A stretch of DNA of 64,000 nucleotides from Octopus sinensis. Lineage: Eukaryota. The DNA lies in the NCBI RefSeq assembly GCF_006345805.1, contig NC_042997.1:113088001-113152000 (forward strand), written 5' to 3'. Both the position numbers and the translations under genes were made by a program. Of the stretch, positions 23,911 through 37,389 are shown piece by piece. The notes below the pieces were generated by a model. That model was not told the DNA's origin. It did no database searches and worked only from the letters and a program-made list of their open reading frames with translations. Within the stretch, counting starts at the first letter, position 1. Each line of letters opens with the position of its first letter.

Positions 23911-25715
23911 TATTTACCATGTGTAATTTACACACTTTTTTTTGCGAAAATAAAAATAAACTTTAGTGGGTGCGTAAATTACATGAGTAGATCGTTTGCA
24001 GAATTTGTTTTAAAATTTTTGTTGTTGCAAAAAAATGTACAAAACAAGCATTTGTACTGGAAGTTGACTCGTTTAATGTCAAAATAGGTTTTTATGAAAT
24101 AAACAATGGCTTAAATATAATGAAGTTGATTTTTATTTATGTTGGATGGTATAATGCTTACTTTTTCTGTATAAATTTACTAAAACCATTAAATGGTTAA
24201 CTATGTTTTGAAGTCTGATGGTCCAGGCCATGAAATTTTTTTCCCATGAGCATTCCAGACCCCAGTAATGAACTCATTTGCATACAGCCAATCAGAGCTC
24301 ACCTTGACCTTTGTCAAATTAACAAACACGTTCTACCAAGTAAACTCAAGATGAAGAATGGTTTTGTAAGTCAACCGGTCGCCAAGTTCTGCCTGATTTT
24401 AGAAGGAGACAAGTAATTAGATAGATTTGTATCTATATCTGTTATCGGATTTTGTTAGGGCCCCATATGGTAAAGATGTGGATTAGAAAAATGTGGGTAG
24501 AGAGTAATGTGCTAGCAGCCCTCTCCCCTTACTGTTTTACAAAGTAAACAACACAAATAACTATGCAGAGGCAGCCATGGTTGAAACAAAAACAAGAACA
24601 ACGAGCATTATTAAAAGTGAAAAGAAGCATGGTCATTTCTTACCCAAATGTCCTTATCTTATCGTTCATCACTTGTTTTGCGATCATAAATTAGTTTGAT
24701 AGTTGAGTTCTGATTGGCTATATGCAAATGAGTTCATAACTGGGGTCTGGAATTCTTGTGGGGAAAAAACAATTTCATATCCAGGCCATATTTTACATTG
24801 GTTGGAGTTTCTTCCTGTCACAAAGGAGCACCACTGATATAGTGATATGGATATTCCTGACTCAAAAATATGTAATGATGTGGATAATTTTGATTGTATG
24901 TTTTTATTTTTGTCTATTTATTACTAGGCACCATTCTAAGTTTGTCATACTGCTTATGCTTATTTTGGACATTGGCTTCATTAACATTAAAATGCCTTCC
25001 AGCAGCTCTATTGCCACATTCAAATACATATTCAACATATTTAAATTCTCCTTCACAGTAAACGATTCATAAGTTCTGCCCTTACTGACAATAACGGTAA
25101 TGACAAATTTTAAAGTTAGTGTGACATTTTAAAAGTGTGAAAGGGATTGGGATTAAAATTTCGATATTCCATATCAAAGGTTCCGACAAGAATAGGTAGA
25201 AAAGAATTCTGTTTACATAATCAGTTTGATTGGTCACCTTCCTCTGTCAGTTGAGTAAAGTGTCATCCAAGCTGATGTTTAATTTGCAACACCTGTGCAT
25301 ATTTATCAGCTTTGTTTTTGTTGGTAATTCTTATCAACAACTTTTCCTCTGATCATGATTTGAGAAGACATAGCAGTGTACTAAAGATCAGACAGCCTTT
25401 TGTGAGCAAGAAGTGTAAAATAAAGTTTATTATAAACAACACAAACACCTTCGTAATTTAATAGCTTTCAATGTGATACCTGTTAAACAGAAATTATTTT
25501 TATTTGATGAAAATTTAATAAAATCTCATCATAAGTAAGTGAAATTATGCAAAACACAACTAAATTGGAAGCCTTTTCCCCTCCGGCCATATCGGCAATT
25601 CTGAAAACTTTTGGGTGTGAATTTTACACGAGTAGAAGGTTTTTTTAAACAAATTTTATCCTGAAAATCACTCGCGTAAATTACACAGGTGCGCAAGTTA
25701 CATGGGTTTTTACGG
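23911..25715 (-). mobile_element. Decayed pogo-like DNA transposon inserted into a family-1 SINE
   Basis: TIR CCGTAAAAACCCATGTAA ends at 25715 next to TA. Frameshifted N-terminal HTH remnant (SFTVKE..CGNRAAGRHFNVNEANV) at about 24960-25070. The SINE head at 23893-23912 resumes at 25718. Confidence 0.7.
24218..24789. mobile_element. MITE with ~85-bp TIRs nested in the pogo remnant
   Basis: 24218-24301 is the reverse complement of 24704-24789; no clear TSD. Confidence 0.75.
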
Positions 25716-25850
25716 TAGTTGCTTCCCAACTTCATGGTTCTAGATTCAGTCCTACTCTGTGACACTTCAGGCAAGTATTTTCTACTACAGCCTTGGAGTG
25801 ACTAAAGCCTTGTGAGTGGATTCAGTAAATGGAAACTGAAAGAAGCCCAT

Positions 25851-25909
<59 letters not shown>

Positions 25910-27889
25910 ATGTATATATCTATGTGTGTGTGTGTGTGTGTGTTTGTCCCCATCACCACTTGACAACCATTGTTGATGCATTACACATCCCTATAACTTA
26001 GTGGTTCAGCAAGAGAGACTGATACAATGTGTACAAGGCTTAAAGAGAAATAACTACTGGGGTCAATTCATTTGACTAAACATTCTTCAAGGCACTGCCC
26101 CAGCATGACCACAGTCTAATGTCTGAAACAAGTAAAACTATAAAGATAAAAGATCCACCCCTATGTATCTCTGACCTCCATCTCCATCATAGTGCATCTT
26201 CTCTCTCTCTCCCACATATTTCTCATCTGTCTACTCTTTTATTGTACTGTTGTTCTCTAACTCAAATTTCTTCTTTATGTATTACCACCTATCACCTCCT
26301 CCTCCTCCATGACCCACTCCTATTTTCCTTACATTCTCCTCAAAGTGAGGCTTACCATTGTCTACACATCTGATATCATCTCTGCCACCTGTCATTCTCC
26401 TTTCACTCTTGCAAACCCACTCACCCAGACAACCCCGATTCCCTATCCCTATTCTTTCTTTATCCCACTTCTTGTGCAGTGAGGGTACATCCTGTCACCT
26501 CATCTCCATCAGCAACTTTTCTCCTCTTCCTGCTGTGGGGAGCCAAATATCTCCTGAAAAGAAGGACACCTCTCCCTGCCCCTCAACACCTGGCACACAG
26601 CCACTTCCCTCAATACTGTATTTTCACTCTGTCAAGGGCTCTTGTCTTGCAAGATACTCGGTGACCCCACTAGTGCTGGTGCCACAAGAAAAGCACTCAG
26701 TACATGCTGTAAAGTGATTGGCTTTAGGAAGGGCACCCAGTTGTAGAAACCTTATCAAAACAGAGAGTGAAGCCCAATGCAGCCCTCTGGTTCGACAGAT
26801 CCTGTCAAACCATTCAACCCATGCCAGAATGGGTGAGAGACATTAAAGGATAACGATGGTCATGAATGAGGATCAAGAAGGACAAAATGTGCAATTTGAT
26901 AAATTTCCTGGATTTCAAACGGAAGGCATCAACAGCAAAAATAGATTTATCAGTTCTGAGTCCATAACATCAGTTAGATTGAGGACAACTCTTTATGGTA
27001 ACTGAAGAGGATTGAAAAGGAAAGTCAGGTGCTTTATAATGGTTTTCTCTATCTCTTTAATCTTTTGTCACTCACATTGAGTAAAACAGTTATTACCAGT
27101 TATAATGTCCTTGAAATTCAATCACACACACACACACACATGCACACAGTATATGTTCACACATAAACGTATGCATGTGTATGTGCATACATGTGTGCAT
27201 GTGTTTGTGTGCATGTGCATGAATAATAAAATCAATTACTGATATTTCAAATGCATTTAATATGCATGTTTCATACACATTTTTCTGGTTCTAGTTTCTG
27301 AATGTAACCATACTGGGGCACCATCTCTAAAACACATAGTGCATTTATGTATGTATGTATGTATGTATGTATGTATGTATGTATGTATGTATGTATGTAT
27401 GTATGTATGTGTGTGTGTGCATGTATGTATGTATGTATGTATGTATGTTTGTATGTATGTATGTATGCAGGTATGTGTGTGTATTTATGTATGTATGTGA
27501 AAAACAACATTTGAGCGTGGTCGTTGCCAGTGCCGCCAGACTGGCTCCTGTGCAGGTGGCACGTAAAAACACCTTTTGAGCATGGTCATTGCCAGAACCG
27601 CTTGACTGGCCCTCATGCTGGTGGCATGTAAAAACACTCACTACATTCTCGGAGTAGTTGGCTTTAAGAAGGGCATCAGCTGTAGAAACTTTGTCAGATC
27701 AGATTGAGCCTGGTGCAGCCTCTGGCTCACCAGTCCTCAGTCAAACCATCCAACCCACGCCAGCATAGAAAGTGGATGTTAAACGATGGTAATGATGATG
27801 ATGATATAGGTAAGTAGAGTTAGTGGTTGGAATAACTGTCTAAGGGATAAGAATATCTGTTATTACTACTGGTATAAATTACCTATGTT

Positions 27890-28400
27890 AACCCTGGGCA
27901 TGGATATGCAAGCATACTATGCTCATAGGATACAGGCAATAAGAAAATAAACAAGACAGGAGAGGTATGCAGTAATATATATCTGGAAGATCCCAGAAGG
28001 AATTGTGCCAAATTTTGGCATTGAAAGCTACACCAATGCTTGAACGGGATGACACTGCATAGTACCAAAGATCTCAGCAACACCATCGCACTTCAGGACC
28101 AGCTACTGCAACAGCCTGGGTTTCAAGGGCCCACAGCTTTTTAATATTCTCCCAAAGAGCCTGAGGAACCTTTATAAAGTAGATGTAGGCGTTTTTAAAT
28201 CAAAGCTGGACATCTTCCTGTCGAGAGTCCCAGATGAACCTACCTCATGGCAAGAGGTGCAATTGAGGGTAGCTACATCAAACTCCATTCTTCACCAAGT
28301 GCCACATGCTGGAGGAGGCTCTCAGTAATAGCAGTTTAGCGAAACGGCAGTGCTCCAGCATGGCTGCAGCTATGAGCTGAAACTACAGCAAAAAAAAAAA
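27890..28400 (+). mobile_element. CR1/L2-group LINE 3' fragment
   Basis: RYAVIYIWKI..GIVPNFG..SLGFKGPQLFNILPKSLRN..FKSKLDIFLSRVPDEP with stops; poly(A) near 28390. Confidence 0.8.
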
Positions 28401-28417
28401 GAGAGTTAATCAGGAAT

Positions 28418-28573
28418 AAAATTTTAATTAAGCAGAAAATGGAGAAAATTTTTAATCAACAAATTGACTACTATTGATTATTATTATTATTTTTTGTTTT
28501 AAATAACAACCGATGGTAGTCAATATTTTTATTGATCAAAAACTTTCTCCATTTTCTGCTTAATTTAAATTTT
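28418..28573. repeat. AT-rich inverted repeat (MITE-like hairpin)
   Basis: Arms of about 55 bp, AAAATTT(T/A)AATTAAGCAGAAAATGGAGAAA..TTGACTAC. Confidence 0.8.
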
Positions 28574-29224
28574 ACACACACACACACACACACACACGCT
28601 CACACACACACATACATACGCACATGTACATAATATATATATATATATATATGAATGTGTGTGAGTATATTTGTGTATGCATAAGTCTGTGGTACATGTT
28701 TGAAACGTAAAGTGTTGCTGTAAAATGCAAACAGTGGATGTACTTCAAAGATTCTGCCAAACATCACAGGTATTTTAATAACTGTAGTTGTTTGTCCACT
28801 TCACAAGATGTTGTCTTCTTCACTTTCATCCACTAACTTAGTAACTTTGAAAGAAAAGAAAACACGTTGACCATGGTTAGCTTCTCCTTTGATAATAGGT
28901 CTGTTTGATCAAGACTGGCCTAGGGCTAAACACTAACAGCTTACTTAAAGCCAAGCTACCATTTATATATTTAACAAGAAACATACCATGTGAAGCTTAA
29001 TGTTGCATACTCTTTTACTTGTTTCAGTCATATGACTGTGGCCATGCTGGAGCACCACCTTTAGTCGAGCAAATTGACCTCAGGACTTATTCTTTGTAAG
29101 CCTAGTACTTATTCTATCGGCCCCTTTTGCCGAACCGCTAAGTTACGAGAACGTAAACACACCAGCATCAGTTGTCAAGTGATGTCGGGGGGACCAACAC
29201 AGACACACAAACATACACACACAC

Positions 29225-29277
<53 letters not shown>

Positions 29278-29332
29278 ATATATATATATATATATTATAT
29301 ATATATATATATATATAATATATATATATATA

Positions 29333-30602
29333 CGAGGGGCATTCAATAAGTAATGCCCCTGACCCACTTGCAGTTGTTTGATCTAGCTGAAATTTTGCAT
29401 GTGCCCTTATTTATACCTCTATAGATTAAGTGGCGAATTACAGCTCTGAACTAATTGTGGTTTCTGATTTACAGGTGTTTGAACTGAGTCAAGTGTGAAA
29501 TGGAACCTGTTGAGTGTCGAGCAGTGATCTGGTTTTTGTATTTGAAAGGACGCACACCATGGGAGACTTTTGATGAAATGAAAGTAACTTATGGTGATGA
29601 TGCCCCATCATATGACCTTGTAAAACGCTGGCATTGTGAATTCAAACATAGTCGGAACTCTGTGGAAACAGCTCCCAGATCTGGTCGCCCCCTTCTGCCG
29701 TTGATGAGACATCTGTCCGTCAAGTTGAGGCTGCCATTTTGGAAGGTCAACGCATAACTATTCGCCAAATAGCCCATAAGGTCAAGATTAGTACCGGGTC
29801 TGTGGAAACTATCATTCATGACCATTTGCATATGCAAAAGGTGTCTGCCAGATGGATTTCCAGGTTGCTCACACCTTTCCAGAAGCAAGAACGCGTTGAG
29901 TGCTCGAGGATGAATTTGGAGATGTGCCAAGAAGATGAGTCAAAATTTTTCAAAAGACTGATCACACAGGATAAAACCTGGGTCCATCACTATGATCCAT
30001 AGACCAAAGCCCAGTCAATGCAGTGAAAGCACCATGACTCACCTCCTCCAAAGAAGGCAAGGGTGCAGCCCTCCGCTGACAAGGTTATGCTCACAGTCTT
30101 CTGGGACCAGGACGGAGTAGTGATGACAGATTTCCTGGCAAAGGGTACCACAATTACAGGAGCCTATTATGCTTCACTTTTGAGGAAATTAAGAGAAGCT
30201 ATCAAAATCAAGAGGCGAGGCAAGATCAGCAAAGGCATCCTCCTCCTGCAGGACAACGCTCCGGTCCACAACTCGCGTGTCGCCAGATCAGAAGCACAGG
30301 CGTGCAGCTATGAACTCCTCCCCTTGCACCCTCTGATTTTCACCTCTTCCCAGCCATGAAGTTGATTTTGAAAGGAAAGCGTTTCCCAAATGATGCAGCC
30401 TTGATTTCTGAAGTCACGTCGTGGTTGGAGGACCAAGCTGGGGTCTTCTACAAAAACGGTCTCCAGAGCTGTATCAAACGATGGGAGAAATGCATAACTC
30501 TGGGTAGTTCCTATGTAGGAAAAGACTAATAACTGTGCAAAGTGTCGTTGCTCTACTGCTATGGGAAGTGGGTCAGGGGCATTACTTATTGAACGCCCCT
30601 CG
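29333..30602 (+). mobile_element. Near full-length (1270 bp) mariner element
   Basis: TIRs CGAGGGGC(A/G)TTCAATAAGTAATGCCCCTGACCCACTT with TA flanks. It lies in the (TA)n tract of a minus-strand family-1 SINE whose halves are at 29008-29225 and 30645-30814. Confidence 0.95.
29500..30529 (+). pseudogene. Mariner DD34D transposase pseudogene
   Basis: MEPVECRAVI..RSGRP / ..ITQDKTWVHHYDP*..KVMLTVFWDQDG..LLQDNAPVH..SDFHLF..RWEKCI; frameshifts, two stops and deletion of the YSPDL motif. Confidence 0.9.
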
Positions 30603-30640
<38 letters not shown>

Positions 30641-31875
30641 TACATATATACAATAGGCTTCTTTCAGTTTCCGTCTACGAAATCCACTCACAAAGCTTTG
30701 GTCGGCCCGAGGCTATAGTAGAAGACACTTGCCCAAGGTGCTATGCAGTGGAACTGAACCCAGAACCATGTGGTTGGTAAGCAAGCTACTTACCACACAG
30801 CCGCTCCTACGCCTAATGATCGCATTAAGAGCACGTTGTTGGATATTTCTTCAATTTTTACTAGCATTATTTCTGGTTTGTCTTCAAAGACATAATGAAG
30901 TGATTTCTATGAAACAGGATTATTTTGTCATGTATAGGCATAGGCATGGCTGTGTAGTAAAGATTTTCCTTACCAACCACATGGTTCCAGGTTCAGACCT
31001 ACTGTGTGGCACCTTGGGCAAGTGTCTTCTACTATAGCATCAGGCCAACCAAAGCCTTGTGAGTGGATTTGGTAGATGGAAACTGAAAGAAGCCTATCAT
31101 GTGTGTGCTTGTGTGTTTGTCCCACACCACTGTTTGACAACTGCTCTGGTTTGGTTATGTCCCCTTAACCTAGCAATTTTGCAAAAAAAGAGGCCAATTG
31201 AATAAGCACCGGGCTTAGAAAAGCAAAATGTACTGGGGTTGATTTTTTTTTTTACTAAAAACATTCTTCAAGGTGGTGCTTCAGCATGGCCATAGTGTAA
31301 TGACTGAAACAAGGAGAAGATAAGGGATAATAATGAGCTTCTCATATATAGTGCTCAGGGGTACTTGTCTTAGTGGGTACTACAGCTTGTCAGAAAAGGT
31401 GAAAAGAAGACACATAAGCCAAATAAAGAAATACAACAGTGAAAGCTAAAAAGTACAATAATAATACACAGAATAAAATACAAAAATAGAGAAGAGTTAA
31501 ACTTGAATGTCAGTGGAAGCCTTCAAGTCTTCAGGGACTGCTTCTGGAAGAGCCAATGTTCTTGTGATTGTACACAAAAACAGGAAAAACAGCAAAAATT
31601 TAGGAAACAAGACACATAAATACCAAACGATATCTTAACTCTCTGATATTTATCTCTCCAAGTATAATGTAGAAGTTTGAGAACCATGCTGTTATCTAAA
31701 CAAGTTCATCGGCCACCACACTCTGTCGAAGATGCACCTTAACATTTGCCTCTCATAACATACTAATTGATGTATCAGCCATGCTTAGCAAGGATTCTTC
31801 TGACGCCACTACACAATCTGAACATCACTTTCGTATTTTCATTGAAATTCAGTAGGTCTGATGATAATGATGATG

Positions 31876-31942
<67 letters not shown>

Positions 31943-31949
31943 TAATAAT

Positions 31950-33162
31950 AGACAGGAAAACAAGAAAAATAATGACAGGATCTAGGATGCATCACCTAAA
32001 ATATGACATAAAAAGGCTATATATACAATGTATGGAAGGTGGTAGAGGCCTTATACAGCTGGAAAACTATTATAAAATAACCACCATAGGACTGCAAAAA
32101 TATCTACTTCAGAAGGAAGGAAAACTGATACAAATAGCTGCAAAACACGAGCAAAACAAAAAACTGTTCTCAGAATTTAAGGAAGCTGACAAATACAAAC
32201 AAGAAATCATACCACCTAACAAATATGAAGAAGAAGATGAAGAAACAACAAAAGCTATAAAACAAATGAAATCCAAACTAAAACTAGAACAGCAACGGAC
32301 CATGATAAAACGATGGCTAGAAAAGCCCCTTCATGGCAAATACTGGACTAAACTAAATTCAAAAGAAATAGACAAAGAAAAATCCCAGCAATGGTTGAGA
32401 AGCTCAGGACTCAAAGCAGAGACAGAGGGATTTTTAATTGCAGCACAAGACCAAAGCCTCCCCACCAGAAATTACAAAAAACATATAATGAAAAGAAACA
32501 TAACAAGTAACTGCAGAATATGTGGAGATGGACAAGAAGCAATAAATCATATTATCTCTGGCTGCCCAGTCCTGGCTAAGAAGGAATATATTCACAGACA
32601 CGACAGAGTTGGGATCTACATACACTGGAAGCTATGCCAACATTATAGAAAAACAACAGAAAAAAGATGGTAGAAAAGGTCACAGAAAACGAGAAAGCAA
32701 CCATACTCTGGGATATGCCAATACACACAGATAGAGAAATTAAGGCCAACAGGCCAGATATAGTTGTCAGAGATCATAAAGAAAAAAAAAATGCTTTCTA
32801 ATTGATGCATCAATACCAGCAGATGACAACATGTCTCTAAAAGAAATGGAGAAACTTCCAAAATACAAAGACCTGGAAACAGAGGTAACTCGAATGTGGA
32901 ATCTAAAAACAGAAACAATTCCTATCATAGTAGGCACATTAGGTATGATAAAAAAATATTGACAAATGCAAAAAAAAAACACCAGGGCTTACAAATATAT
33001 ATGACATACAGAAAATTGCACTACTGGGCACTGCACACATCCTATGCAAAACACTTTCAATACAGTAACCATCAGAGCACCACAACAAATCACAACACAT
33101 ACCCAAGGCATACAGAGCTGCGCTCAGTAGTGAAGTGAACGCATGCTATAAAGATAAAACTA

Positions 33163-33165
<3 letters not shown>
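31950..33165 (+). mobile_element. 5'-truncated R4/Dong-clade non-LTR retrotransposon
   Basis: RLYI..GGRGL, LKAETEGFLIAAQDQSL, CCHC knuckle CRICGDGQEAINHIISGC and REL endonuclease NRPDIVV..LIDASIP; flanked on both sides by (AAT)n. Confidence 0.9.
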
Positions 33166-33214
<49 letters not shown>

Positions 33215-33215
<1 letters not shown>

Positions 33216-33533
33216 TAATATGTGGTAAGGAAGAAAGAAAAGTCGATAGACATGACAGGTTGGCATGGGAGGTTAAGTAGTTGTGGTTGCTGAAAAAGGT
33301 GGTAGTAGTACCAATAATTGTTGGAGCCCCGTGAACAGTGAGTAAAAATCTTGAGAAGTACATGGAACAAATAGGGGCTGCAATGAGGGTGGAACACTTG
33401 CAGAAAACAGCACTGCTTGGAACCGTTCGAATACTCTGGCTGGTGCTTGAAAAATAAAGTGTGTTACCTTAGTTCACTGGTAGTGAACAACTGATACTGT
33501 AATACATCTCCAGCATTAGAAGCTGTGCAAGGA
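33215..33533 (+). mobile_element. Second, shorter R4/Dong-clade 3' fragment
   Basis: VVPIIVGA..LEKYMEQIG..LQKTALLGTVRIL; followed by (AAT)n at about 33537-33690. Confidence 0.8.
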
Positions 33534-33563
33534 CAATAAATAATAATAATAATAATAATAATA

Positions 33564-33615
<52 letters not shown>

Positions 33616-33648
33616 TTAATAATAATACTAATAATATTAATAATAATG

Positions 33649-33689
<41 letters not shown>

Positions 33690-34179
33690 TCTCTAGTCAT
33701 TGGAAAACACTTAAGCTATTTGTAATGATGCTTTCACAAAGCAACTCTACCAGGAAACAAATACTTTTTCTCTAAATTTCTTCATCTTCAATGCAACAAT
33801 TTATAATGTTACATTCATTTTCAGATATTCGATATCTATTTTCGTAGATTCAGGTGCAACAACAGTTTGTTATCACACAAATGCTAAAGTATATTGAAGC
33901 AGAAACAATCTTAACATATACCCTCACTAATGTAACATTGTATGTATATATGCACTGAGTGGAAACAATATATCTGCCTAAGGATATTCCATTAATATGC
34001 ATCAGTCTCTCTCTCTCTTTCTCTTTCTTTCTCTCTCTTTCTCTCTCACTCTCTCTCTCTCTATCTCTCTGCCTGTTCAATCTATCTATCAATCTACAAT
34101 CTTCAAAATTTGTACATGCATGAAAACCTCATACACATACAAACACACATACATATTCATACATGTATGTGTATACATC

Positions 34180-34485
34180 ACTGTGAACACCGTGACCGAC
34201 CAGGCTATCAGATGTTGCTACACATCGCTGGTCACAATGCGCTTCGCATTGTTTTAGTCTTCAGATGACGCCACCCTACTGGCTAAGCGAGCAGGCCAAC
34301 AGAAGAAAGAGTGAGAGAAAGTTGTGGCGAAAGTACAGCAGGGATCACCACCACCCTCTGCCAGAGCCGCGTGGAGCTTTAGGTGTTTTCGCTCAATAAA
34401 CCTCACAACGCCCGGTCTGGGAATCGAAACCGTGATCCTACAATCGCAAGTCCGCTGCCCTAACCGCTGGGCCATTGCACCTCCT
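34180..34485 (-). mobile_element. Family-3 tRNA-derived SINE
   Basis: A-box TGGCCCAGCGG and B-box GGTTTCGATTCC; head and body shared with 63457-63770. Confidence 0.85.
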
Positions 34486-34589
34486 ATATACATATGTAAT
34501 ATACATACACTCATACATATATATCATCATCATCATCATCACCAAAACACCAGCATCATCACCATCATCATCATAATCATTTAATGTCA

Positions 34590-35130
34590 CTTTTCCATGC
34601 TGGAATGAGTTGGATTGTTCTGGCACAGTTTCTACATCTGGACACCCTTCCTAATGCTAACCACTTTACAGGGAGGGAGTACTGGTTACTTTTAACATGA
34701 CCCCCCAGCACCAATGCTTTTTACTCGGCACCAAAACCAGTGTAAATTCTGCTGTGGTAGACAGGTCTTCTTGAGTACAGCAAGATGCCAGATCTCAATC
34801 TTCTGTCATCTCTTTTATAAGGCTCAGTTTCTTGAGATCGACTATCAGTATTTCATCCGATGTCTTCCTGGGTCTCCCTCTTTCATCCACATTAAGTTGT
34901 TGACACTTCTGCATGCAACCATCTACATCCATATGCACCACTTGACCAAACCAGCACAGTCTTCTCTTTTGTACACTTCATCTAAATCCTCTTATTATTA
35001 ATTTTTCTCTCAATAAACTAGCACTGTCGCATACACTGACATTGCACATCCAGCGGAGCACACTGGCTTCATTCCTCTCTAGTTTTTGCATGTTCTCTGC
35101 ATTCAAGCCCTACATCTCACTATATATAAC
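34590..35130 (-). mobile_element. RTE LINE 3' fragment
   Basis: LRWMCNVSV..RRLCWFGQV..GRPRK, homologous to 60883-61559. Confidence 0.8.
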
Positions 35131-36071
35131 CACACACACACACACACACACGTATACATATCTATATATTTATAATATATAACCCATGCTGGTGGCATGT
35201 AAAAGCTCCATTACACTCTCGGAGTGTTGGCATTAGGAAGGGCATCAAGCTGTAGAAAACCATGCCAGTTCAGATTGGAGCTTGGTGAAGCCCCTCAGCT
35301 GGTAAAATAGACATTAGATGATGATGATGATGATGTATTGAAACCAGTAGTATCTTTTGTTAAAAATAGACCATGGCAATATACTGTGCTTGAGAAGAAA
35401 ACCCCATCAAGTCAAGTGAAATCATCATCATCATTATTTAATATCTGTTGTCCATGCTGGCATGGGTTGAACAGTTTGACCAGGACTGGCAAGCTGGAAG
35501 GCTGCACCAGACTCCAGTCTGATTTGGCATAGTGTCTATGGCCTGATGCCCTTCCTAATGTCAACCACACAGATAATGTCATAGGTGCTTTTATGTGCCA
35601 CCAGCCCAACACTCAAAAGTGATTTTCATGTGCCACCAACATTACCCACCTTGCCTCCGTAAGGCCCAATGCTCGAAAAGTGCTTTTTACATGCCACCGG
35701 CATGGGTGCTAGTTATGTGACACCAGCATCGGCCACAACTATGAATTTGCTTGGCTTGATGGGGTCTTCTCAAGCACAGCATGTCAACAAAGGCCTTGGT
35801 CATTAGTCATTGCCTCTGTGAAGCCCAAAGTTTGAAGATCATGCTTCACCACCTCACCCCGTACCTTCCTGAGTCTACCTCTTTATTCACATTGTATTGT
35901 AGTTTCAAGATTCTGATGATCTGTTTAGTTTTAGAATGACATTGTAGGGTAGGTGTGAGAGGCTGGTTCTGGCCAGTTTTAACATTAAAAAAACGGACTA
36001 TTTGACCAGTTTAAATGCTAATGGAAAAAATGGATTTTTGACCTTTATTAGGGTCTCATCATACGCATGGA

Positions 36072-36102
<31 letters not shown>

Positions 36103-36632
36103 ATGCGTATGTGTGTGTGTGTGTGTGTGTGTGTGCACACATATATGTATGTATGTGTGTATGTATGCATGTATGCATGTATGTATGTTGTATGTATGTA
36201 TGTATGTATGTATGTATGTATGTATGTATGAATGTCTATGTATACATGTATGTAGAGATCTATAGTTAGATCCAAAGATATCTATTTAACCATTCCATGT
36301 TCCACCACATCTAAATATTATTTACGAGGCTGAATTCTTGCTAGATTACAAACTGATGTTACTCATCCTCACAAGCACATTCAAAGCATTCCAGCTACAC
36401 ACACATACAATCACATGTAAACACACACACACATAAATGCATAATACACATACACACACATATAAAAGCATAATGCATACTTACATATATGTTTCTTGGG
36501 GCTAAAACAACAGTAACCTCGTCTCTTTTGGGACGGCCACATTATGTTGGCAAATAGCCTTTACACTAAAGAACTGTTACTGAACGTCTCTCATTAAGAG
36601 ATTTAGAAATAATAATAGTTCTATTTTATATT

Positions 36633-36720
<88 letters not shown>

Positions 36721-37389
36721 GTGGATAACTGATGAAAGGATTGCTCTTTATGTTGTCTATCTTGTTTTTCTATTTGTTTCTTTCAGTGTTTACAAAAAAA
36801 GTTCGTTTCCATGTTTTTGTATTTCATGTTCTCGTTTTTTATGTTGTTTACGTTTTTTGACATCCTGTACCCATATATGCATGTGTATATACATACGTAT
36901 GTAAGTATGTGCATGTATGTATGTAAATATGCACATATATATATTATTTATATATATATATATATATTCCCCGTCATTTAGTGGTTTGGCAAAAGAGACC
37001 GCTAGAATAAGTACTAGGCTTACAAAGAATATGTCCTGGGGTCGATTTGCTTGACTTAAGGCAGTGCTCCAGCATGGCCGTAGTCAAATGACTGCAACAA
37101 GTAAAAGAGTAAAGAGTATATATCTTAATCATCATCATCATTTAACACCCATCTACATCTATATCTATATCTATCTATCTACACACACACACACACAACC
37201 ATATGTATGTATTTATATTAACTTGAGGCCTATAAAGTAGCGTTGAATGAAATCTGTGTGTAGAACCACATTTACTATTTCCACTGCAAAAAGCCTTCCC
37301 ATCAATGAACAAGCATGTGACTTTTACGGGGGAAAGGATGACAGTAACTTTTAAGTTTGAACTAACTTCCCTTCATCATGATGTCATTG

